Of a stretch of DNA of 64,000 nt, positions 50,679 to 59,785 are shown piece after piece. The position numbers and the translations under genes were made by a program. Position 1 is the first letter of the stretch. The number at the start of each line of letters is the position of its first letter. This DNA is from Halorutilales archaeon Cl-col2-1 (GTDB lineage: Archaea; Halobacteriota; Halobacteria; Halobacteriales; Afararchaeaceae): assembly GCA_041891055.1 (NCBI GenBank), contig CP169074.1:1568001-1632000 (forward strand), given 5' to 3'. The notes beneath the pieces are model-generated. The model was not told the origin of the DNA. It did not search any database and saw only the letters and a list, made by a program, of their open reading frames with translations.

Positions 50679-51656
50679 CTATCTCGGGCTGAACCTTACC
50701 TGCCTCGCGTTCTTCTCCGATCCCTCGACTGTGGTCTCGTCGTCTACCTCACAGACCTCGCCGACCGCCTCCGCGAGTCTGTCCACGTACTCCTCGGCTC
50801 TCTCGTCCCCTCCGAACCCGACTATCTCGCCGTCGGGGAAGACGAGTATCACAGTCTCTCCCGCCTCGACGCGGAGTTCGGGGGTTTCCTCGGGGTCGTA
50901 CTCCGCTTCGACGGGGACGTCCTCGTTGGGCTCGTGCACCGAGAAGAAGACGAGTTCGAGGTCGAGCAAGTCTCCCGTTAGATTGAGCTTGCGCTCGTAT
51001 ATCTCTACTCCGTCGAGCTCCGTCTCGGTCTTTCTCTCTGCCTCTGCTTCGGTATCTTCTGAAAACGGTGGTGACGAAGACGTAGCAACCCAGAACTCGC
51101 CCTCGGGGGTCTCGACGGGTGTCCGTGTGAGGTTGTCGACGCCGTCCGACGACATCGGGTTGTCGTTGTATCCGAGTCTCCAGTCCCACTGCTCGTAGGG
51201 AAGCCTGTCGACGTCCTTCTCCGACTTCTCGACGACAGCGTACGCCGTGTCGCCGTCGACCTCCCAGCCACCCTCGACGGCGTACCCTCTCTGCCTGAGG
51301 TACTCGTTGAGCCCCAGGACGCCGTCGTAACGTGGCTTCCAAGCCATTCCGTTCTCCTCAAATCCTCTCACCACGGCGTCGAAAGCCTCCGCCTCTGACG
51401 AAGACTCCGACGAGTAGACAGATCCCTCTACTGACGCCTCGACCGTGTAGACGTCGCCGTTGACAGTTACGTCCACATCGACGTCGGCACCCGCCCTCGA
51501 CGTCTCGGCTCCGACAGCTTCGACGAACTCGACGAACCCGACATCGGCACCCAGTAGCTCCTCGGCGTCTTCGAGGAGGTCGTCTATGCCGTACCTGAAC
51601 CCTGTCACGAAGACACGCCGTTTTTCGCCGCCTACGTCTATCTCTTTGAGAGTCAC
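50679..51656 (-). CDS. Hypothetical protein with possible divergent TBP-like repeat(s)
   Basis: Acidic ORF with host-like codons; C-terminal LDL..EYDPE..P.L...ILVFPDGEIV.FG. Confidence 0.7.
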   Translation of the reverse strand: MTLKEIDVGGEKRRVFVTGFRYGIDDLLEDAEELLGADVGFVEFVEAVGAETSRAGADVDVDVTVNGDVYTVEASVEGSVYSSESSSEAEAFDAVVRGFEENGMAWKPRYDGVLGLNEYLRQRGYAVEGGWEVDGDTAYAVVEKSEKDVDRLPYEQWDWRLGYNDNPMSSDGVDNLTRTPVETPEGEFWVATSSSPPFSEDTEAEAERKTETELDGVEIYERKLNLTGDLLDLELVFFSVHEPNEDVPVEAEYDPEETPELRVEAGETVILVFPDGEIVGFGGDERAEEYVDRLAEAVGEVCEVDDETTVEGSEKNARQVRFSPR

Positions 51657-51756
51657 TGGCGGAGATACGTCTTTGTCAGATAAAAATCTGAAGGTTGGGT
51701 GTCTCCGTGGAAAAGAGAGATACCGACTGAGATGAGTTAGATCCGGATACCCATCC

Positions 51757-52689
51757 TTATCCTCTTTCTGACAGTCTGCCGTACGTCCATCTCCCTAGCT
51801 TGTAAGCCACGAAGACGGGAACCGCGACCACGACGAGGTAGATGAGGAACTGGATCGTCCGGAAGAGTATCTCGACGCCTCCTGTGACTGTTGTGATAAG
51901 TATACTAACGATGTTGTCGACTGTCTGCCGCACCTCGTTTCTGAACCTGTCGCCGATGTCGTCGGGGACTATCTCGGGCTGTCTCCTCTCCCTCACCTCT
52001 ATCCTCACCGTGGCGTACTCACTCCTCTGGCGTTTCTGTGCAAGATCCGACCTGTATCTACTCATCTTCTCCTTGACTTCGAGCTCCTTATCGGTGACCT
52101 CCATCAGAAGATCGAGCTTCTCCGCGGTCGCGTTCATCTCGGAAATCTCCGACCGCGTCGACTCGTACTCCCGAAGTGTCCGGTTGAGTATGTCGAGCTC
52201 GGTCGTTTCCCTCTCAATCGAGAGCCTGTAGCTCCTAACTTCGTATTCCTCGACCTCGAACTCGTCTCTCGTACTTTCGACGAACTCCTCGAAGTTCTCA
52301 GACGGCACTCTCGCTGTCATACGCGCGGTGAGATAGAGATTCGACCGTCTCCGTGAGCTCTCCTCAACGTATCCTCCTGACCCCTGTGTGAGATCTCTCA
52401 GCCTCGAGACATCGTCGTCCAAGCTCTCCGACTCGATGCTCATATCCGCCTCTTGAACCTCGACGTACTCGCCCGCGCTCGCTCCCGCGTCCTCACCCAC
52501 CCCTACCGTCTCAGGAGCACCTCCAAATCCCGTCTGTTGTGACGGACTCCCACCGGTCATCCCGAATCCGAAGAGGACTGTCGAAACGGCTCCGACTACC
52601 AGAGCTAAGACGAGAACAACTGAGACTAAGACTGAGACGGCGGCGATCCTATTTTCGGACAGCCAGTGTCTGACTTCGTTGAGGTTCAT
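51757..52689 (-). CDS. DUF4349-like membrane protein
   Basis: N-terminal TM, GGYVE, RVP...F, coiled coil, YATV.I...E, C-terminal TM. Confidence 0.8.
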   Translation of the reverse strand: MNLNEVRHWLSENRIAAVSVLVSVVLVLALVVGAVSTVLFGFGMTGGSPSQQTGFGGAPETVGVGEDAGASAGEYVEVQEADMSIESESLDDDVSRLRDLTQGSGGYVEESSRRRSNLYLTARMTARVPSENFEEFVESTRDEFEVEEYEVRSYRLSIERETTELDILNRTLREYESTRSEISEMNATAEKLDLLMEVTDKELEVKEKMSRYRSDLAQKRQRSEYATVRIEVRERRQPEIVPDDIGDRFRNEVRQTVDNIVSILITTVTGGVEILFRTIQFLIYLVVVAVPVFVAYKLGRWTYGRLSERG

Positions 52690-52733
52690 ACGACCGAGTT
52701 ACCCAGAGACGAATCAAGTAACTTTGGGTGGTT

Positions 52734-53957
52734 TTAGACAGATAGATTCTCGATGCCTTTCTCGTACTCGGTGAGGTTGTCGTAGCCGTCGTCTCTCACG
52801 ACGACGAGATCCTCGACCCTCACGCCTCCGATGTCCTGGTAGTAGAGCCCCGGCTCGACAGAGACGACGTGCCCCGCTTCCAACTCGCCCCCTCCCGACG
52901 ACAGGCGCGGCATCTCGTGTATGTCGAGACCGACGCCGTGTCCCGTCGAATGTATGAATCCCTCCTCAGCACCCTGTCTCTCGGTGTCGTAACCCACCTC
53001 CTCGTACGACTCACAGACTGCGTCGTGTACCTCTTCTCCTGTCACCCCTGCGCCCTCGTCGAGTACGTCGAACGCCGCCTCCTGTGCCCTCACAGTCGCC
53101 TCGTACATCTCGCGTACCTCGTCGGTCGGCTCGCCCTTGACAAATGTCCTCGTCATGTCGGCGTGGTACTTGAGACGTCTCGGAAATATGTCGACTATTA
53201 CGGGCTCACCCTCTCTTATCACGCCCGAACCCCTCGAATGCGGGTCAGCTGTTTCCTCTCCCGAGGCGACTATAGACTCGTCGAGGTCACATCCCGCCCT
53301 TATGAGGTCGACCTCTATCTCTGTCCTCACCTTCTCGGAGGTCAGAGCCTCTCCGTCTGTTAATCTTTGATTAACAGGCTCATCAATCTTCGATTGATGA
53401 ACGTCGTGAACGAGTCTTCCGTCCTTGACCTCGGCTTCCCTCAGGAGTCTCTCGGCGACCTCCATCGCGTTCTCGTTCGCTCTCTGTGCCGCCTTTATCT
53501 TCCTTATCTCCTCGTCGGTCTTTACCGCCCTCGTCCCCTCTATCCCGTCGTCTACCGCGGTGACCTCGAATCCCCTCTCACGGAGAGCCTCGGCGGAGTA
53601 AAGGAAGAAGTCACGCGGTACACATACCGACTCGACGCCGTACTCTTCGAGGAACGACGCCGCGACCTCTATCTCGGCGTCCTCGCTCCCTCTTATGTCC
53701 CCTGTGGTGTACTCGGCTGTCGACCTCACCTCGTCGGCGAGTGACTCCTTCTTAGCGCGGCTATACTCCAAGGGTGAGACGAGTAGAACGGTCTCGTCTT
53801 GCGTCCTCAGAAGGCTGAAGGGATCGGGTGCCTCGAACCCCGAGACGTAGTACATGTCGCTGTCGTCCGACGAGTCGGTGCGGAGGTAGGCGTCACAGAC
53901 CTCGGTCTCGACGGCTTCGTCTATGCTTGCAGTCCTCCCACTATCTCGGTCTGTCAT
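52734..53957 (-). CDS. M24 (Xaa-Pro) peptidase with 16-aa in-frame insert
   Basis: RAVKT, DIFPR..YHADMTRT, HSTGHGVGLDIHE, EPGLY, GVRVED. Confidence 0.93.
   Translation of the reverse strand: MTDRDSGRTASIDEAVETEVCDAYLRTDSSDDSDMYYVSGFEAPDPFSLLRTQDETVLLVSPLEYSRAKKESLADEVRSTAEYTTGDIRGSEDAEIEVAASFLEEYGVESVCVPRDFFLYSAEALRERGFEVTAVDDGIEGTRAVKTDEEIRKIKAAQRANENAMEVAERLLREAEVKDGRLVHDVHQSKIDEPVNQRLTDGEALTSEKVRTEIEVDLIRAGCDLDESIVASGEETADPHSRGSGVIREGEPVIVDIFPRRLKYHADMTRTFVKGEPTDEVREMYEATVRAQEAAFDVLDEGAGVTGEEVHDAVCESYEEVGYDTERQGAEEGFIHSTGHGVGLDIHEMPRLSSGGGELEAGHVVSVEPGLYYQDIGGVRVEDLVVVRDDGYDNLTEYEKGIENLSV
53354..53405. repeat. Double-hairpin micro-element inserted in frame
   Basis: CGTC-[44 nt: (C)TGTTAATC-TTT-GATTAACAG and CATCAATC-TTC-GATTGATG]-CGTC. 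Confidence 0.85.
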
Positions 53958-54034
53958 GCTACGGAGTTCCGCGTCTTCGGAGTTAATCTTACTGTTACCG
54001 TCATTAATTTGGTTCCGACACGTCTACTCAGTGT

Positions 54035-55009
54035 ATGGCAGAGTTCCCCACCCGACGTATGAGAAGGCTGAGACGCGACGGAGTACGAGAGATGGTAGCC
54101 GAGAACTCGGTCTCGACTGACGACCTCGTGGCTCCCCTCTTCGTCGACGCGACGACTGACGAGCCCTTCGAGATACCCTCGATGCCCGGAATATACCGTC
54201 ATCCCCTTGACGACGTCCGGGAGAAGGCACGTGAGATAGACGAACTCGGCATACCCGCTGTGATACTCTTCGGTGTCCCCGAGTCGAAGGACGCCGAGGG
54301 ATCGCGTGCTTACGCAGAAGACGGAGTCGTACAGGAGGCGGTGAGATGTATCAAGGACGAGACCGACCTTCTCGTGGTGACAGATGTCTGTATGTGTGAG
54401 TACACCCACCACGGACACTGCGGGGTGATCGACGACGAGGAGGAGACGGTCGACAACGACGCCACACTTCCCTACCTGTCGAGAATCGCTGTCTCACACG
54501 CCGAGGCGGGAGCCGACATAGTCGCCCCGAGCAGTATGACGGACGGGATGGTCACAGAAATACGTCAGGGACTCGACGACGCGGGCTACACAGAGGTAGG
54601 CATACTGTCGTACGCAGTCAAGTACGCTAGCTCCTTCTACGGACCCTTCCGTGACGCCGCCGACTCGGCACCTGACTTCGGTCACAGGCGCGACTACCAG
54701 ATGAACCCCGCCAACTCACGTGTCGCAGCCGAGGAGGCGAGTCTCGACGTCGAGGAGGGTGCCGACATGCTGATGGTAAAGCCCGCCCTCCCCTACTTGG
54801 ACGTAGTCTCAGACGTGAGAGACAGCTTCGACCTTCCCGTCGCTGCTTACAACGTCTCGGGAGAGTACGCGATGCTCAAGGCTGCGGATCAAAACGGCTG
54901 GTTAGACGCGCGTGAGACCGCAATGGAGTCGCTCTTATCGATAAAGAGGGCGGGCGCCGACCTCATAATAACCTACTTCGCCGAGGAGATCGCGCGCGAC
55001 CTCGACTAG
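54035..55009 (+). CDS. hemB: Porphobilinogen synthase
   Basis: [40 protein letters not shown]. Confidence 0.97.
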   Translation: MAEFPTRRMRRLRRDGVREMVAENSVSTDDLVAPLFVDATTDEPFEIPSMPGIYRHPLDDVREKAREIDELGIPAVILFGVPESKDAEGSRAYAEDGVVQEAVRCIKDETDLLVVTDVCMCEYTHHGHCGVIDDEEETVDNDATLPYLSRIAVSHAEAGADIVAPSSMTDGMVTEIRQGLDDAGYTEVGILSYAVKYASSFYGPFRDAADSAPDFGHRRDYQMNPANSRVAAEEASLDVEEGADMLMVKPALPYLDVVSDVRDSFDLPVAAYNVSGEYAMLKAADQNGWLDARETAMESLLSIKRAGADLIITYFAEEIARDLD

Positions 55010-55039
55010 GTTTAAGTTGGAGGCGTTGTTATACGGCGT

Positions 55040-55402
55040 ATGGCATCGAACAAGGACAAGACGGTCTCCTTCCGCGTCTCTGAGGAGACCTTCGAGACTC
55101 TCTCTGAGATCTCCGAGAGGCGTGATACTACACTCTCTGACATATTCCGTCAGTACGTCGACAGCCTCGTGAGCCACGACGGTGACGTGTCTGTGGTTCC
55201 CGACGACTCCGTAATCGAGGAGGTCGACGACGACTTCCCGCCTAAGGTCAAGGTCTCGAAGGAGGTTCTGAGGGAGAACGAACGTCTCGAACTCGAAAAC
55301 CGACATCTCAGGGAGCGTCTCGAGGAGTACGAGGAGTACGTCGAGAAGCTGAGAGAGAGACACGACGGCGAACACGTCCGTCTCGGAAAGGTCGACAACT
55401 GA
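55040..55402 (+). CDS. CopG/ribbon-helix-helix family regulator with coiled coil
   Basis: KTVSFRV..E.F..L..I..LS..FR; LELEN.HLRE. Confidence 0.8.
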   Translation: MASNKDKTVSFRVSEETFETLSEISERRDTTLSDIFRQYVDSLVSHDGDVSVVPDDSVIEEVDDDFPPKVKVSKEVLRENERLELENRHLRERLEEYEEYVEKLRERHDGEHVRLGKVDN

Positions 55403-55427
55403 AGACAAGAAAGAGAACCAACTACAG

Positions 55428-57074
55428 CTACCGACCGTCGAACTCCTCTCTGAAGCTGTTTATGTTCTCGTCGGACCCCGCTACTATCAGCCTGTCTCCC
55501 TCCTGTATACGTGTGTCGGGCTGAACCCTCGTCATTACCTCGCCGTCCCTATCTATGGCGACGACGGTACATCCCGTCTTCCTTCCGACGTGTGCGTCTT
55601 CGAGAGTCTTTCCTTCGAGCCTCGGAGCCTCTGTACGTACTATCTTTATCTGTTTTCCGGGAGACATTATCTCCTCGCCGATTATGTCGAGTGCAACCAC
55701 TCTACCACTCACGGTCGGCAGGGCGAGGACGTAGTCGGCACCCGACCTGTAGAGCTTCGTCTGGCTCTCCGACCTGTTAGCTCGGACTATTATCTCCACG
55801 TCGGGGTTTATCTCTCGTGCTATGAGGGTCGTGAATATCGCCGAGGTGTCGTCGGGAAGTGCGACTATCAGAGCCGCAGCGTCTTCTATTCCCGCCTCTC
55901 TCAGAGCCTCCTCGTCGGCGGCGTCGCCTACTACGTCGACGTTCTCTCCGTCGTTGACGTCTATGACCGTGGTGTCGATACCCGAGTTCTCGGCGTGTCT
56001 CCTCACTGTCGAGCCCACCTCGCCGAGACCCGCTATCACGACGTTCTCCCTCGTCCGTCTGTGGCGTCTCGCCTCCGCGAGAGTAATCTTTCGGAGGTGT
56101 TTCAGCTCGTCCTCGGTTCCCGCGACGAGGAGGACGGTGTTACTGTCTATCCGTGTGTCGTGTGAGGGCGAGTGGATGAAGCTACCGTTTACCCACGCAC
56201 CTATCAGGCTCGCACCCGTCGTCTCACGTATTCCGCTCTCTGAGAGTCTCTGACCTACCAGACTGCTCTCGGAGTGTACGGGTATCTCGACCACGAGGAA
56301 GTCGTCTCCTATCTCTATGCTCTCTCCGAGCTCCGAGGTCACCGCCGTCGTCGCCTTGTCGGCGAGGCTCCTCCCGACTATGTGTCTCGGCGAGAGTGCC
56401 TCGTCGGAGCCCGCGTATCTCAGATACCTCGACTTCTGGGGATCTGTGGCGAGGCTGACTACGTGTGTGTCCTCCGAAGCCTCGCGTACTGAGAGGGCTA
56501 TGCTTGCGTTGACGTCGTTGTCAGCGTCGAGAACGACCGATCTCGCGTCTTCTATACTGACGTCTCTGAGTGTCTGAGTCGACTCGGGGTCTCCACGTAC
56601 CACGGAATACCCCGACTCGTAGAGGTCGATAGCGCGGTTCTCGTCACAGATCAGTATGACGTACTCTATCCCACGCGACTCCAACTCGTCGATGAGTGTC
56701 TCGCCGAGCGACTCGAACTCACAGATCACGACGTGGTCTTCGAGATCCCCAGCCGAAGTCGGAACCTGTGTCTCTATCGCCTCCTCTATCCACGGCACGA
56801 CGAAGAGAGGGAGTGCCATGAATATCAGGACGACACCCGTAAGCTGCATCGCGACCATCAGCGTCAGCATAACCGGGGAGCTCCAGGGCGCGTCCTCTCC
56901 GTACCCCGTCGTCGTGAAGGTCTCTACGACTACCTGGAACGAGTGTACTAGACTCCTCTCCCTCCCCTCGAAGGTAGACATACCCCAGCTATATATGACC
57001 GAGTAGAAGACGGCTATCGCGCCTATTCCGAGTATGTAGAGTACCGCTTTTCTCCTCTTGGATTCGACTGGCAT
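55428..57074 (-). CDS. Potassium channel protein with TrkA-N/TrkA-C domains
   Basis: TFTTTGYGE pore motif; two RCK pairs (GLGEVG, GADYV). Confidence 0.92.
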   Translation of the reverse strand: MPVESKRRKAVLYILGIGAIAVFYSVIYSWGMSTFEGRERSLVHSFQVVVETFTTTGYGEDAPWSSPVMLTLMVAMQLTGVVLIFMALPLFVVPWIEEAIETQVPTSAGDLEDHVVICEFESLGETLIDELESRGIEYVILICDENRAIDLYESGYSVVRGDPESTQTLRDVSIEDARSVVLDADNDVNASIALSVREASEDTHVVSLATDPQKSRYLRYAGSDEALSPRHIVGRSLADKATTAVTSELGESIEIGDDFLVVEIPVHSESSLVGQRLSESGIRETTGASLIGAWVNGSFIHSPSHDTRIDSNTVLLVAGTEDELKHLRKITLAEARRHRRTRENVVIAGLGEVGSTVRRHAENSGIDTTVIDVNDGENVDVVGDAADEEALREAGIEDAAALIVALPDDTSAIFTTLIAREINPDVEIIVRANRSESQTKLYRSGADYVLALPTVSGRVVALDIIGEEIMSPGKQIKIVRTEAPRLEGKTLEDAHVGRKTGCTVVAIDRDGEVMTRVQPDTRIQEGDRLIVAGSDENINSFREEFDGR

Positions 57075-57083
57075 ATTATTATC

Positions 57084-57494
57084 TCATCTGAAGACCGTGT
57101 CGGCTGTCGCGGCTCCCACGACGCTGAATATAGCACTTATCATGACTGCTTTGACCCCTGTCGTGACGTCGGCGCTGAAGGTCTGGGGGGCTGAGACGAC
57201 GACTGCGATTATTCCGACTGAGAGGTACGACACAGCCACGAGAGAGATGAAACGCAGGGGTATGCCGAAGAAGCTCTTCTCAATGTCGGGGTCTCTCGTC
57301 TCGTCAGCCTCATAGAGGGCGGTGTATCCGATTCCGAGGACTATCAAGACAGTCGCAGCGAGATGGAGAGACGAGACGTTCCCCGCCATGTTCCAGATCT
57401 CCTCAGCCATCACGAAAGGACCTCCGAGTATGATACCTCCGACTGTCTGCTGGGCTGTGTCGGCTAAGACGTACCTCGTCTTTCCCCTTCTCAT
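57084..57494 (-). CDS. DUF2391-like membrane protein
   Basis: D.AQQ.VGG..L.GPFV..EE.W, GIPLRF, GAATAD. Confidence 0.75.
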   Translation of the reverse strand: MRRGKTRYVLADTAQQTVGGIILGGPFVMAEEIWNMAGNVSSLHLAATVLIVLGIGYTALYEADETRDPDIEKSFFGIPLRFISLVAVSYLSVGIIAVVVSAPQTFSADVTTGVKAVMISAIFSVVGAATADTVFR

Positions 57495-57506
57495 GTCTTT
57501 ATTACT

Positions 57507-58367
57507 TTAGCGTCCCGCGAGACCCACTACGTGGTCTATCTCCTCAAGCAGTATCTCCTCGACAGCCAGACGCACTCCGTTCTGACTCCCCGGAAGGACG
57601 AAGACGGGCGTGTCGTCGGAGACACCCGCGAAAGCCCTTGACATTATCGATGAGGTTCCTATCTCCTCCGTGCTCAGACGTCTGAAAAGCTCTCCGAATC
57701 CCGGGAGCTTCTTGTCGATCAGGGGCTCGACCGCCTCGACTGTGACGTCGTCGGGGGTTATTCCGGTTCCTCCTGTTGTGACCACGGCGTCGACCTCTCC
57801 GACGAGATCCTTGACCCTGTGTCTTATCTCGACGAGGTCGTCCGACACGACCCCGTACTCCGTCACCGTGTGCCCCTCGTCGGTCACCAGACGTCTGACT
57901 GTGTCGCCGCTCGGGTCGTCGTTCTCGTCTCTGGTTGAACTCACTGTCAGAACCCCGAAGTCGAGGCTTTCCTTCTCAGAGTCGTGGTCGTGATCGTGGC
58001 TGTGACTGTGACTGTGACCGTGGCTGTCCCCGTCCCCGCAGTCGCCTCTTTTCTCCCCCCACGCCATGAAGACGAGAGCCGTGAGACGTGACTCCGACGT
58101 GTTCCTCACGCCGTGTCTCTCGCCCGCCTCGGCGACTACCCCCTCTCCTTCACCCAGAGACAGCACCTCGTCACCTACCGTGAACTCCCCCTCACCCTCG
58201 ACGACGTAGTATAGCTTGTCGGAGTCGTCGTGTACGTGGGGCTCCTGTTCCTGACCCGGCTCGAAGCAGTAGAAGTCCGAGAATCCCCCCTCGGCGTCTA
58301 ATAGGCTGACCTTCTCGTACTTCTCCGGCGAGAACTCAGTTACTTCGGAGACGTCAAATCTTCTCAT
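57507..58367 (-). CDS. Cupin-MoaB/MogA fusion protein
   Basis: N-terminal cupin (H.H..D..YYV.EG.G...HG); His-rich linker; LTVSSTR, TTGGTG.TPDDVT, LPGS. Confidence 0.85.
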   Translation of the reverse strand: MRRFDVSEVTEFSPEKYEKVSLLDAEGGFSDFYCFEPGQEQEPHVHDDSDKLYYVVEGEGEFTVGDEVLSLGEGEGVVAEAGERHGVRNTSESRLTALVFMAWGEKRGDCGDGDSHGHSHSHSHDHDHDSEKESLDFGVLTVSSTRDENDDPSGDTVRRLVTDEGHTVTEYGVVSDDLVEIRHRVKDLVGEVDAVVTTGGTGITPDDVTVEAVEPLIDKKLPGFGELFRRLSTEEIGTSSIMSRAFAGVSDDTPVFVLPGSQNGVRLAVEEILLEEIDHVVGLAGR

Positions 58368-58388
58368 ACCCGAAGAGACACGGGTCGT

Positions 58389-59156
58389 TCACTTATCGCT
58401 TTCCGTGGACGTGGATCTGGATGTCGACGTGAGCCAGTAGGAGACAGTCGAGAAGTCGTCGCTGATCTCGAGTATAGTGTCGTCAACGTCACGTATCCCC
58501 TCGGCTATCTTGGTCGGGGTTATCCGGTAGAGACCGAACGGGAAGAAGAAGTCGTTCTTCGTCTCTTCGAGCGACAGACCCGCGTCACCGAGGAGACTTT
58601 TCACCTCGTCCTCCGAGTAGAGCCTGCTACCCATGGGGAGGAAACGGTTGTAGATTACGCGCGCGCTTCCCTCCATGAATGTGTCGAAGAGAACCTTCGA
58701 GCGCGACACACGTCTCATTTCGGAGAGGAAATCGATGGGCGTGTCGGCGAGATGGAAGAAACGCATAGCTATCACGACGTCGAACGAGTCGTCGGGGAAC
58801 GGTAGCTCTCCCGCGTCTCCCCTCAGGAAGTCGACCGAGTCGTAGACCCCTGCTTGTTTCGCCTTCTTGACTCCCTTCTCCATCATCGGCTTGCTTATGT
58901 CCATTCCCACTACATCAGCGTCTCTGCGTGCGAGTTCGACGGTGAAACGTCCCGTGCCACACGCTATCTCAAGCACCGAAAGATCTTCGAGACTGTCGCT
59001 GTCCGTAGACCCCGACTCGGCAGCCTGAACGTCTCCGAGGAGGTCGAAGACGGCTTCCTTCTCGCCTTCATCTATGAGAGCACCGCCCTTCGAGAACCTC
59101 CAGTCGTCGTACTCCTCGGCGGTGTCTTCCTTTTGGTACCACTCTCTTCCCTTCAC
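58389..59156 (-). CDS. Class I SAM-dependent methyltransferase
   Basis: VLEIACGTG, DIS..M, GDA..LPF.DDSFD. Confidence 0.9.
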   Translation of the reverse strand: MKGREWYQKEDTAEEYDDWRFSKGGALIDEGEKEAVFDLLGDVQAAESGSTDSDSLEDLSVLEIACGTGRFTVELARRDADVVGMDISKPMMEKGVKKAKQAGVYDSVDFLRGDAGELPFPDDSFDVVIAMRFFHLADTPIDFLSEMRRVSRSKVLFDTFMEGSARVIYNRFLPMGSRLYSEDEVKSLLGDAGLSLEETKNDFFFPFGLYRITPTKIAEGIRDVDDTILEISDDFSTVSYWLTSTSRSTSTESDK

Positions 59157-59280
59157 GTTTGTGTTTGTTCGAATATACGGTCAGTCATATTAAGCTTCAG
59201 GTTTGGTTCCTACCCCTCCGCGAAACTATTAAGTGGGGTGAGACGTAAATTACGGCGAACTATAAGGCACGGACGGAACA

Positions 59281-59784
59281 GTGATAAGCATTAACTCCGA
59301 GAAACGAAAGGGGCGGAGCACTAACGCACAGACGAGTATAGACTTCCTGTCAGGCATAACCATATTTCTGATTACACTCATATTCGTCCTCGGCTTTATG
59401 ACCGACACGATGGCTCCCGTGACGACATCCACCGATGAGACGGAGGTAATCGCCGATAGGGCATCTACGCTTTTCGTATCCTCGGTAACGGATGACGACG
59501 GCACCCTTGACAGTACGGACGCGAGCGGCTTCTTCAGTCAGGATACGACTGAGATGAAGAAGAGCCTTGGACTCGATCCGGGACTCTATGACTATAACAT
59601 AACAGTCAATGACACCGGGACTTCGGACGTCAACGACGAGGTCTTCGGTAACTCGACCCCTGACACCGCGTCGGTCTCTACGAGGACACGTGTCATTTAC
59701 GCTGACGAGACGGTCACAATAGACGGTACCGATGTCGAAGAGGGCAACACGACTGTGATCGAGATAACCGTATGGAGGGGATAG
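59281..59784 (+). CDS. Pilin-like protein (class III signal-like; DUF7287-like)
   Basis: NA/QTSIDF followed by a hydrophobic helix; C-terminal I.VW. Confidence 0.75.
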   Translation: MISINSEKRKGRSTNAQTSIDFLSGITIFLITLIFVLGFMTDTMAPVTTSTDETEVIADRASTLFVSSVTDDDGTLDSTDASGFFSQDTTEMKKSLGLDPGLYDYNITVNDTGTSDVNDEVFGNSTPDTASVSTRTRVIYADETVTIDGTDVEEGNTTVIEITVWRG

Positions 59785-59785
59785 G

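Noticed and set aside
58995-59035. Possible fifth micro-element (GACGTTCA...GACA) in an apparent loop insert of the methyltransferase
   Set aside because: No hairpins and an imperfect flanking tetramer; at best a decayed copy, not supportable.
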